The notes: a model not told the origin generated them from the letters alone. A stretch of 32,000 bases of DNA from Promethearchaeota archaeon (GCA_048939465.1 JBHLPL010000001.1:60001-92000); one strand, 5' to 3'. Counted from the first letter of the stretch, positions 17,164 through 25,840 are shown. Translations and numbers: made by a program.

Positions 17164-18507
17164 TTATTTCAGAAACTTCTTTTCAAACGAATTGACTACT
17201 TCTTCAAGGTTTGGTCTACCAATCTCTTGGAGTTCGTACCTGACCCTTACAGTCGGTTTGTCAATTCTGATAATCCTGGTTAAATCTATTGGCGTTCCTA
17301 TTACAACAACATCACAGTCGGCCGCATTGATCGTGTCCTCAAGATCTTTTATTTGCTCTTCGCCGTAGCCTACAGCAGGCAGCACTTTACCTATGTGTGG
17401 GTATTTCTCAAAAATCCTTTTGATAGATCCAGTGGAATAAGGACGGGGGTCAATAACTTCTGCTTCAAGTTCTCGAGCCATGATCATGCCCGCGCCGTAA
17501 GCCATACCGCCGTGTGTTACGCTCGGACCGTCTTCGATGACCAAAACCCGCCTTCCTTTTATCGACTGATCTTTATCTATGGACTTCTTCATAACCGCCC
17601 TAATTATCGTTGCCTTTGGATTCACGTGTTCTATATTATTCCTCACATATTCTACGTTTTTTTGGGCCGCAGTATCTACCTTATTGATTATTACCACGTC
17701 TGCCATCCTGAGATTTGCCTCGCCAGGATGATAAGTAATCTCATGGCCTGGTCTGTGAGGATCTGTTATCACGATATGTAAGTCGGGTTTGATAAATGGC
17801 AAGTCATTATTGCCTCCATCCCAAATAATTACGTCTGCCTCTGCCTCTGCCTCTCTCAGAATCCTTTCATAATCTACGCCGGAATAAACTACAATTCCTT
17901 GTTCTATGTGTGGGGCATAATCTTCCCTTTCCTCAATTGTGCAGTCATATTTATCCAGATCTTCGAAAGTCGCAAATCTCTGACTTATTTGGTTTATTAA
18001 GTCTCCATAAGGCATTGGGTGCCTTATGACAACAGTGCGATATCCCTTACTCCGCAATATCCTACTCACTCTCCGCGTTGTTGGTGATTTTCCGGCTCCG
18101 GTTCTGACTGCGCACACAGAAATAACCGGTTTTCTGGATGTCAGTGCTGTGCTTTTGAGACCCATCAGTCTGAAATCTGGGCCACATGAAAGCACGATAG
18201 AAGCTTTATGCATTACTTCCACATGAGAAAGATCACTGTATGCCAGAACTACTTGGTCTACATCATGTTCTTTTATTAGATTTGGCAAATCCTCCTCGGG
18301 ATATATAGGAATCCCATTGGGGTAATTCGGACCAGCTAACTTGGGATGATACAATCTGTTGGCAATATTGGGTATTTGAGACGCTGTAAATGCGATGACG
18401 CGATATCTTTTGTCGTTCCTGAAGTATACGTTGAAATTGTGGAAGTCCCTTCCCGCAGCACCCATTATGACTACTTTTATCTGTTTCACCAACCTCACCA
18501 ACTTCAA
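17164..18507 (-). CDS. cDPGS-family P-loop enzyme, GAAGRDFHN clade (probable arginine synthetase ArcE type)
   Basis: IMGAAGRDFHNFN, QIPNI, AVRTGAGKS P-loop, RHPMPYG, TIEEREDY, WDGGNND, EDGPSVTHGGM. Confidence 0.8.
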   Translation of the reverse strand: MKLVRLVKQIKVVIMGAAGRDFHNFNVYFRNDKRYRVIAFTASQIPNIANRLYHPKLAGPNYPNGIPIYPEEDLPNLIKEHDVDQVVLAYSDLSHVEVMHKASIVLSCGPDFRLMGLKSTALTSRKPVISVCAVRTGAGKSPTTRRVSRILRSKGYRTVVIRHPMPYGDLINQISQRFATFEDLDKYDCTIEEREDYAPHIEQGIVVYSGVDYERILREAEAEADVIIWDGGNNDLPFIKPDLHIVITDPHRPGHEITYHPGEANLRMADVVIINKVDTAAQKNVEYVRNNIEHVNPKATIIRAVMKKSIDKDQSIKGRRVLVIEDGPSVTHGGMAYGAGMIMARELEAEVIDPRPYSTGSIKRIFEKYPHIGKVLPAVGYGEEQIKDLEDTINAADCDVVVIGTPIDLTRIIRIDKPTVRVRYELQEIGRPNLEEVVNSFEKKFLK

Positions 18508-18751
18508 CCCTATTTGATAGGAGACGGTCTACCAAAGATTGGGGATGAAAATTGCCGAGTATTTATGTCCTTCTTCTTTATATATTTTTGACACTTGAAA
18601 TTCCGGGCATTTCTAATTCCGAAATAGGAGAATCAGATCCTTGATCGGTAATCAGTGTATATGGATTCGATCTATCAAGATTCCAAAAAAAGGAAAATCT
18701 TCTTGACGCTCTTCCCTATCGGCGGGTAGAATTGGCGCAGTCTGCGCACCC

Positions 18752-18788
18752 AGAAAAGAAGCAAACTACTCCCCCCTTCAGGAAGGAG
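18752..18788 (-). terminator. Putative hairpin/T-rich terminator
   Basis: Minus strand CTCCTTCC-TGAA-GGGGGGAG (8-bp stem with two G-U pairs) followed by TAGTTTGCTTCTTTTCT, 40 nt after the stop at 18828. Confidence 0.4.
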
Positions 18789-18827
18789 TCTCCTTGAGGT
18801 GGTTTAGATGGATTCTCCAATTAATGA

Positions 18828-19352
18828 CTACTCACTCTGGGTTTTCAACTTCGTAAAAAGTTGCTTTAACTCCATGTTTAGTGCTCTTCGGACATTTACT
18901 GGACTGATAGGTATTGCGGGTCTGGGCGGCTCAGCTGCTCCTTGTGCGGCCACAGGAGTAGCTCCGCCTGTAGCTGCGGGTGCAACTCCAGGAGCAGTAG
19001 CGGGGGTAGGTGACGGTGAAGCTGAGGCAGACGTAGAGGCTGGAGCCGTTGGCGATACTGCTGAAGGTCTTATTGCGGTCTCTGCAGGTTTCCCAGCGGC
19101 CCCTTGGGAAACGGTACTTGCAGTGACTGGAAGAGAGACTCGAGACTCAATCGAGTTAATCCTACTCTCTATTACGCCTATTTTGATTTCGAGGTTCTTG
19201 GACAGACTATTCAGGTTTTGCTCCAGCATATCAATGGCGTTTATAACGATTTCCATAACTCTGCTTAGTATCGTACTAATTTCCTGGATACGCTTTGGTT
19301 GTGACAGCGTTTCATCAATAAGCCTTACGAAGTCTTCTCCCATATCGAACAC
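18828..19352 (-). CDS. Hypothetical protein: coiled coil + Pro/Ala-rich linker (contains PTAP) + C-terminal amphipathic helix
   Basis: Heptads IDMLEQNLNSLSKNLEIKIGVIESRINSIESRV, low-complexity linker, terminal VNVRRALNMELKQLFTKLK. Likely start ATG 19343. Confidence 0.75.
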   Translation of the reverse strand: MFDMGEDFVRLIDETLSQPKRIQEISTILSRVMEIVINAIDMLEQNLNSLSKNLEIKIGVIESRINSIESRVSLPVTASTVSQGAAGKPAETAIRPSAVSPTAPASTSASASPSPTPATAPGVAPAATGGATPVAAQGAAEPPRPAIPISPVNVRRALNMELKQLFTKLKTQSE

Positions 19353-19367
19353 CGTCTATGATTATCA

Positions 19368-20210
19368 CTAAACTTTGCGGTTTATAATCTTTTCTTTTGT
19401 ATGACTAATAATCATCGCTGTCTTTTTCCCTTCTTCTTTCCTCCTGTCCGAGGCAACCTCGTGGTTAGTGTTTTGGGTCTCTTTTGCTTCCATCTTCTCC
19501 CCCGAGATCTCTTCCTTTCTTTTCTCCTTGGTTATGAATGAACCCCAATCTATTCTGAGCATCAGATAGACCAATAGAATCGTTCCCAAAATTCCTATCA
19601 CGGTACCTGCTGTGCCCCCGCCTCCAAATAATGCTTCAACCAGCGGCCGGAAAAACCTCCCTCCGTAAGCCAAGATTGCGCATAGAACTATCTTCCCCAA
19701 AATGGCTGCGACAACCGCTTTGACAATGCTATACTTCATTACGCCTACAGGGATAAGAAGCATATCATCAGGTAAAGGCGTAGCTGCGAACAAGAATATT
19801 GCTGCAAATCCATACTTCTCAATTAACTTCTTCATGGATTCTATTCTCTTACCGTATTTTTCTTCGATTAGCTCCCTTCCTCCCCGCCCTATCGCATAGG
19901 CGCTCAATTCTCCAATAGCTGCGCCAAATCCGCAGACTAATGCAAGTATCAGCGGCTCAATAAACTCCTGGGTTCCCAGAAGGATTACAGCCAGAGCGTA
20001 GGGAACGGGTAGGAAAACTGTGAAGTTGCCAAAGGTGGATATTAGGAAGGCCCCGAAATAGACAGACAGTGGACTTCCCACAGCAAAGTTGAACATCCCA
20101 ATCGTTAAGCTGTCAAAGAAATTGGCAATAGCTTCTATTGAAAACAGAACCACCAATGCTATTCCGGTGATTACAAAAGCTATTATGAAAATAATGTCTC
20201 GACGTTCCAT
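19368..20210 (-). CDS. DedA/VTT (SNARE-associated Golgi protein) family membrane protein
   Basis: FLPVPY, GFGAAIGELSAYAIGRGG, FLFAATPLPDD...G.MKY motifs. Confidence 0.88.
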   Translation of the reverse strand: MERRDIIFIIAFVITGIALVVLFSIEAIANFFDSLTIGMFNFAVGSPLSVYFGAFLISTFGNFTVFLPVPYALAVILLGTQEFIEPLILALVCGFGAAIGELSAYAIGRGGRELIEEKYGKRIESMKKLIEKYGFAAIFLFAATPLPDDMLLIPVGVMKYSIVKAVVAAILGKIVLCAILAYGGRFFRPLVEALFGGGGTAGTVIGILGTILLVYLMLRIDWGSFITKEKRKEEISGEKMEAKETQNTNHEVASDRRKEEGKKTAMIISHTKEKIINRKV

Positions 20211-20280
20211 GCTTCATCCGCTCGGTCTGCATCGCGATATGTATAACGTGATGTATAGTAATATAAGCCAATAAGCATAT

Positions 20281-21246
20281 ATGACTATTTCCACTCCGAA
20301 TTCTCCGTTAACCTTGATGGAGGATATACTGCTGGCAGAGCTTAAGGCCCTTGTAGAAATAATTCGGTTGCCCAATTGCCTCATGGGTAGCTTGACCACG
20401 TCGATTTCCGTATTGACAGTAGACAGCATCCTAGACCTGACAGCCGGAGTAAGCCTGTCCGCTGTTAGCCTCATCTGGTTGCTTGTTATTGCCTATATTA
20501 CTTACGTCTTTGCAGCGGCTGCAGGGAACGTTGTAAATGACGTATTCGATATCGAAGTAGACAGGATAAATCGGCCAAATCGGGTGCTTCCAAGAAGAGC
20601 ACTAACTGTGCGTCAAGCTAAGATATACACAATTCTGCTTTGGCTGGCCTGTTCATTCTGCGCCTTCTTAACAAGCATCCCGGCTGGAATTATTGCTACA
20701 ACCTTTTCACTAGTTGGTTTCGGTTATGCATCAAGGGCCAAACTGCTAGGAATATGGGGGAACTTCACCGTTTCGTTTTCTTTTGCCTTTGGTTTGATTT
20801 ACGGCTCTCTAATAACTTATTATGCCGCTTTGGGCACGCTGGGTCTCCCCCTCCTAATATGGCTTTACTTCTTCACGGCGTTCTTTATCCTTCAGGGCAG
20901 AGAAGTGATTAAGGGGATGGAGGATGTTGAGGGTGACCGAGTGAGGGGTGTGAAAACCGTAGCTTTGGTTTACGGCTTTAGGAGGGCATCTATCGTGGCT
21001 GCTCTTTTCAATATCATAAGCATGATTTGCTTCACAGCCGCGTGGTTTCTGAGTTGGTCCGGCTGGTCGTCCTTACCAAATATCTGGTACACCGTTTTTC
21101 TATTACCCGGCGATGGTATTGTGCTGGCTTCTACAATCTTGATCTTAATGAAATCATCTTCATCTTCAGCTCAGAATAGAGCCAGTTTCTATTCCAAAAT
21201 AGGAAGTCTCCTAGGTCTGTTGGCATTCTTGGTAGGAGCACTATAA
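20281..21246 (+). CDS. UbiA-family prenyltransferase, probable digeranylgeranylglyceryl phosphate (DGGGP) synthase
   Basis: IIRLPNC, GNVVNDVFDIEVDRINRPNRVLP (NDxxDxxxD), GREVIKGMEDVEGD, multiple TM helices. True start probably at or after ATG 20317. Confidence 0.85.
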   Translation: MTISTPNSPLTLMEDILLAELKALVEIIRLPNCLMGSLTTSISVLTVDSILDLTAGVSLSAVSLIWLLVIAYITYVFAAAAGNVVNDVFDIEVDRINRPNRVLPRRALTVRQAKIYTILLWLACSFCAFLTSIPAGIIATTFSLVGFGYASRAKLLGIWGNFTVSFSFAFGLIYGSLITYYAALGTLGLPLLIWLYFFTAFFILQGREVIKGMEDVEGDRVRGVKTVALVYGFRRASIVAALFNIISMICFTAAWFLSWSGWSSLPNIWYTVFLLPGDGIVLASTILILMKSSSSSAQNRASFYSKIGSLLGLLAFLVGAL

Positions 21247-21339
21247 ACGGTTTTCTGAGAGTCTGCGCATCTCGAATTGCGTAGTTCTCAACATAAAGCT
21301 GATTTCATTAAAGATTCAACATTAAAACCTACTGCGTCT

Positions 21340-21354
21340 CGTAATGTTTTTATA
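21340..21354 (+). promoter_or_regulatory. Putative BRE/TATA promoter of the longin-GTPase gene
   Basis: CGTAATG-TTTTTATA. Confidence 0.45.
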
Positions 21355-21463
21355 CTATTATGACAATAATTTATGTAGCTAAACTACAAAATTGGGAACC
21401 TCTCGATGATGTGTCTGCTGAGTGACCTAGAAACTCTACACTAATCATTGTGAGGGATATGCA

Positions 21464-22321
21464 ATGATTCATTCGGTTTATGTAATCCGAAGGACAGGAG
21501 AATGCCTATTCTCCAGAGTATATGATAAGAACGGAATCGACGAAGCCCTAATATCCGGCTTCTTAAGCGCTCTACAATCTTTCATAAATGAAATCAGTGG
21601 AGATTATGTAAGGACTCTGAAAACTGGAAATGTGAAATTTGTCTATAATTTACTGGATGATCTGATATTCGTATTCTGCGTCGATCTAGAAGAAGATGAG
21701 GAAAAACTGAGAAAGAAGATAAATCTCACTCAGAGTGTCTTCGTAAGGAGATTTGGCAGCATAATAGAAGGCTGGAATGGTCAAACCAGCATCTTCGAAT
21801 CCTTCAATGTAACAGTAGATGACATTGTTACAGATCTCGTAAAGGTATCCGTAATTGGATTTGGGGGTGTCGGTAAGACGACTCTCCTCAAGCTTATTCT
21901 AAGGGAAGAAGTTCCCGTACAACACATTCCAACAATAGCGGTTGATATCAAAGATCTTAACGGTGTAAAATCCCCGGCAAAGGTGGTCATGTGGGATTTT
22001 GCTGGACAACAGCGTTTTGAATCCCTTTGGGATGTGATGATTAAAGGCTCAGACGTTATTCTAATTGTTACGGATTCTTCCATGTTAAATATAGTAAAGA
22101 CCAAGAAAAAAATCATCTCCCTCATTAAAGAGCATAATCCCGGCGCGAGAGTTATTGCTATTGCAAACAAACAAGACCTTCCGAATTCGATAAAGCCAAG
22201 AGCAATTAGTGACCTTCTAGGCGTACCGGTTTATGGAATTGTCGGCATAGACCCTTCAAATCGAGGGCAATTGCTTGAGATAATAGGCGATACTGTTAAT
22301 AGCTGGCTAGAATATTCATAA
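21464..22321 (+). CDS. Longin domain-small GTPase (Arf-like) fusion
   Basis: N-terminal MIHSVYVIRRTGECLFSR...LISGFLSALQSF longin pattern; G1 GFGGVGKT, G3 WDFAGQ, G4 NKQD. Confidence 0.88.
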   Translation: MIHSVYVIRRTGECLFSRVYDKNGIDEALISGFLSALQSFINEISGDYVRTLKTGNVKFVYNLLDDLIFVFCVDLEEDEEKLRKKINLTQSVFVRRFGSIIEGWNGQTSIFESFNVTVDDIVTDLVKVSVIGFGGVGKTTLLKLILREEVPVQHIPTIAVDIKDLNGVKSPAKVVMWDFAGQQRFESLWDVMIKGSDVILIVTDSSMLNIVKTKKKIISLIKEHNPGARVIAIANKQDLPNSIKPRAISDLLGVPVYGIVGIDPSNRGQLLEIIGDTVNSWLEYS

Positions 22322-22367
22322 ACTATCCACTAGGCCGTTTGTTCATTCGCCGCTGGAGTAGGGCTTA

Positions 22368-23120
22368 ATGTTTCTTGTGGGGGCCGTAGGAGACATTCAT
22401 GGACCGAAGTATCTATACCTGTTTAAGAATGGACTAAGCTCACTAAAAGGAAATGTCTTAGACGATATTAATTGTCTATTTTTTGCCGGCGATATCATAT
22501 CAAAAGGCCATACTGAAGATCTCCAAGCGGTAATAAGGACCATCGATGACTTTGAAGTTAGATGTCCTTTGATCTCCTGCTTCGGTAACGAGGAGTATGA
22601 AGAAACGCATAACATAATACGAGAGAAATTCGGCAGTAGGGTTACATTCCTGGATGATGAGTCTTTTGTCTTGAACCTGAAAGACGATAGGACACTAGGG
22701 ATTGTGGGATCTAAAGGGAGTCTAGATCGACCCACATGGTGGCAAAGTAGGAATATTCCAAACATCCTTCAGATATATTCTCAGAGAATCAGTGTAATAG
22801 GTGGTCTCCTTCAGAAATTGAAGACTGATTTCAAGATCTTACTCCTACATTATGCTCCGACTTTCAAAACATTAGGTGGCGAAGGAAGAACTTTTTACCA
22901 GCAATTAGGAAGCAAAAAGCTTGAGACTATAATCAGCAGAAGCAAACCGGACGTAGTTATCCATGCCCATGCCCACAATGGACGCAGATTTGCCCTTTTG
23001 GGTGAGATTCCTATATACAACGTTTCTCTTCCTCTTACCCGGACAATCACAGTCATAAAACTACCGGGATTTGCTATCTCCGATTCCTCGGAAGATAATA
23101 AGGAAGAATATACATCATGA
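22368..23120 (+). CDS. Calcineurin-like metallophosphoesterase
   Basis: GDIHG, AGDII, FGNEE, LLHYAP, HAHAH motifs. Confidence 0.88.
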   Translation: MFLVGAVGDIHGPKYLYLFKNGLSSLKGNVLDDINCLFFAGDIISKGHTEDLQAVIRTIDDFEVRCPLISCFGNEEYEETHNIIREKFGSRVTFLDDESFVLNLKDDRTLGIVGSKGSLDRPTWWQSRNIPNILQIYSQRISVIGGLLQKLKTDFKILLLHYAPTFKTLGGEGRTFYQQLGSKKLETIISRSKPDVVIHAHAHNGRRFALLGEIPIYNVSLPLTRTITVIKLPGFAISDSSEDNKEEYTS

Positions 23121-23399
23121 ATACTTCAGTGTTATTTATGTTTATATGACTTAAAAAACATCTAACTCCTTGTTGTGCAAAACGACTTTATCCCTTTCAC
23201 CGTCGCTTAGTCCGGCGAGACACGATTCTGATAAGCTAATCTGATTGCTGTTGCCGATTGGATAAGGTCTTGTAGATCGCTTCAATCTGATGAAAATGTG
23301 AGGGTCAAATCCTTTAATCTGAAAATGCTGCCCTTGAGAGCGACCAGAATAGCCCGACTCCTCGTGAGGTCAAACAACCCGTTTGCTTGAGGGAGTTTC

Positions 23400-25205
23400 A
23401 TGAAGACTGTGAGAATCTGCAATTTTTGTGGAAGCAGAGAAGCAACTCATTATTGTGAGGAGTGTGGAGCCTCATTCTGCAGCAGGTGCGCAAGAAAGAA
23501 GAAGATCCAAATTAGCATATGTGTAAATTGCGGTGCATCTGTTGACAAACTCAGAAAACAGAGTAGTATTACGGCCTGCAATGACTGTAATCCGTCAAGC
23601 ACAAAATCTGCGATAAAATACATAACCCTATGCCCTGATTGCTCTTCAAAGACGGTAGTACGCATCAAGAAAAAAAACCATGATTTGTTGATCAAACTCA
23701 AAAGTGCAGTTTCAAGTCTTATATCCGGCTACTATATCCTAAAACAATTTTTGGCTGAAGTGAATACCGTACGGCGCAGGATAGTAGCAATGAGGTATTA
23801 TGGATTTAGACAGTATCCTGAACTCGAAAAGACATTGATTGCTGTCTATTCTGAAGTTCATACGTTGGGTCAGAACTTTGTCAATACAGTATTCAAAACA
23901 TTACAGGGAGTAGATTCTGAATTGCTTGTGGTTCTAAGGAAGAGACCATGGGACTCCAAAGATTTTCCCTCGGTAGAATCTCTGACAGAACAACTTAGAA
24001 AAGATGGACAGATGACTCAGAAAGACTTGATGAACAGACTAACTGATTTAAGACAGCTATTTATCGACCTTCTTCCTCTAATTGGGTCTCTGGAGTACTT
24101 CAGACAAGTGTACGATAGCATAGGGGAGCATTTAATCCTTGATAAGTATGAGAGAATCATCTGTGCGTTTAGCAAGGTGTCTCTGTCATCGAACTCATCC
24201 AAGCGGAGCAAGAATAACGGAACCTTGGTTCTTACAAACCGCAGAATAGTTCTTCATCAACAAGCAAAGGGAAAAGGGGCTTTCAATGTAATTGGGGCAA
24301 GATTGACTGATTTAAACTCCTATCATGTCGATGAAACAGATGGAAGAATAACTCTGGAAACAACGAATGGTAGAACGGAGTTCCTTGTTTCACAGAATGC
24401 TGCGAGTTTATTCAAGAGATCTCTAGAGGTAACCGACCGATACGACGGGAATTTAGTAGATTTGGATCGCTTAAATCGTCTCATTAATATCCAGTGGGTT
24501 TCTTCGGAGTTATATCGTCTGAATAAGAAACTGCAGCTAGAGGTTCTCAATGTGCTGGGGGAGAAACCCAGACTTCTCGATTCAGCAGTTGTTGCTACAT
24601 CTGTCTTTAGAGAGTACTCAAATGACACTCCTGAGCCACCGCAGGAGGGGCCAAATGTCTCGTTTGGGATCAAGAAAGACGATCCCAAAGAGGCCATGAA
24701 TTCGGAATCTTATAAGGGAACCAAGCCGGCAGGCGTTATTCGTCGCATTGTGAATTTATTTAAGAATAATAGAAATCGTGAATTATCCGATCTAGTTCTG
24801 GAAATTGGCAGAAAGAACAGAACCAATACGGGCGGGATGGTTCCTTTAGCTGAAGTGTACCTATCGATAAAAGAACTCAGACCTAATCGGAACATCGATG
24901 TTGAGGAAGTTGAAAAAGCAATTGAAACACTTAAAGAAAAAGGACTTATAGTTGATTTTAGGGAACATAACTCTGGAATAAAAGTTGTTGAGTTCTTTCC
25001 ATTAGAGTTCAGTAGTGATAAGAATACTGTTATAGATTTGGCAGCAGAAAGAGGTCACCTGACGCTTGAGGATGTCATACGCAATACGGGATGGTTAGGG
25101 GTCAGAGCTGCAAGAGCACTTAAAGGGTTAGAGAAAATTGGGATAGCCAAGCTTGACCCTACATATTCTAGGGGAAAGCGTTGGTATTTCCCATACCTGA
25201 AATGA
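23400..25205 (+). CDS. Vps36-like protein: B-box-like/Zn fingers + helical region + PH/GLUE-like segment + EAP30 tandem winged helix
   Basis: Six CxxC pairs at the N-terminus; GTLVLTNRRIVL; C-terminal ~140 aa collinear with the local Vps22 (TGG.., I.VE.V.KAI, TGW...R..RAL, DP.YSRG..(W/Y)YFP.L). Confidence 0.75.
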   Translation: MKTVRICNFCGSREATHYCEECGASFCSRCARKKKIQISICVNCGASVDKLRKQSSITACNDCNPSSTKSAIKYITLCPDCSSKTVVRIKKKNHDLLIKLKSAVSSLISGYYILKQFLAEVNTVRRRIVAMRYYGFRQYPELEKTLIAVYSEVHTLGQNFVNTVFKTLQGVDSELLVVLRKRPWDSKDFPSVESLTEQLRKDGQMTQKDLMNRLTDLRQLFIDLLPLIGSLEYFRQVYDSIGEHLILDKYERIICAFSKVSLSSNSSKRSKNNGTLVLTNRRIVLHQQAKGKGAFNVIGARLTDLNSYHVDETDGRITLETTNGRTEFLVSQNAASLFKRSLEVTDRYDGNLVDLDRLNRLINIQWVSSELYRLNKKLQLEVLNVLGEKPRLLDSAVVATSVFREYSNDTPEPPQEGPNVSFGIKKDDPKEAMNSESYKGTKPAGVIRRIVNLFKNNRNRELSDLVLEIGRKNRTNTGGMVPLAEVYLSIKELRPNRNIDVEEVEKAIETLKEKGLIVDFREHNSGIKVVEFFPLEFSSDKNTVIDLAAERGHLTLEDVIRNTGWLGVRAARALKGLEKIGIAKLDPTYSRGKRWYFPYLK

Positions 25206-25250
25206 TGTTGAAGAAATCTCTTGAGAAAGCCCATCAGCCTGGCTTTTGGT

Positions 25251-25694
25251 TCATCGCCTTCCCTCGCGGGAACGGCGGTAAGATCCCCTACTGTAGGGTC
25301 TTCGTCTTGGTCTAAATCGGTCCTGTTCATATTGTTTTTCGGAGAGATTGTTCTCTGTGTTTACATCGCCAAACTCGGCATCCTCAAATGACTCAATCGT
25401 ACCATATCTACCGATATTTAATCGCAAGGATCCCTTGAATACTGTACAGTATCCGTTGTTGATTTTGTATATCTGATCTATTTCCACCTTGTCAATGTCC
25501 TGATTCCAAAGAGTTAAGTACACGCTACCAGTCTCGTCACCCACCAGAGCTTCGGTGACTCTTAGTTGTTCACCTGTCTTTCTTGAGAATACCTCTCTTG
25601 CCTCATTCTTAGAGGCTACCTTAACTTTTACGTTTACACCTCTAGAGTTCGGATTTAGCTCTTCTACGACTACAAATTCCTCAGATTCGCTCAT
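25251..25694 (-). CDS. ssb: Single OB-fold ssDNA-binding protein (crenarchaeal SSB/RPA type) with Arg-rich tail
   Basis: VNVKVKV...EALVGDETGSVYLTLWN...LRLNIGRYG; tail RFRPRRRPYSRGSYRRSREGRR. Start refined to ATG 25694. Confidence 0.88.
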   Translation of the reverse strand: MSESEEFVVVEELNPNSRGVNVKVKVASKNEAREVFSRKTGEQLRVTEALVGDETGSVYLTLWNQDIDKVEIDQIYKINNGYCTVFKGSLRLNIGRYGTIESFEDAEFGDVNTENNLSEKQYEQDRFRPRRRPYSRGSYRRSREGRR

Positions 25695-25800
25695 TTTAGT
25701 TACATCTCTATTCATATACTTTGTTCGTTTAACAAGGATAGCAAAACAAGTCCCTAGAGCAAGTTTTACATCCTTAAGCGGTATCGGGTTAGATTCCAAG

Positions 25801-25814
25801 ATATTTAAACCTTA
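25801..25814 (-). promoter_or_regulatory. Putative BRE/TATA promoter of the SSB gene
   Basis: Minus strand TAAGGTTTAAATAT. Confidence 0.5.
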
Positions 25815-25840
25815 CTATATGGAAGAAATAGCTTTCTCGA

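Noticed and set aside
17164-18507. True cyclic 2,3-diphosphoglycerate synthetase
   Set aside because: The N-terminus is the GAAGRDFHN type rather than the cDPGS type; kept only as a family-level call.
18735-18747. Palindrome GCGCAG-T-CTGCGC, and similar short hairpins at ~2029-2049, ~2653-2669 and ~21258-21290
   Set aside because: Short stems are expected by chance or are ordinary terminators; there is no recurring shared motif.
22368-23120. Metallophosphoesterase as a Vps29 (retromer) homologue
   Set aside because: The fold is shared, but the motifs and length fit generic archaeal Icc-like phosphoesterases and nothing is Vps29-specific.
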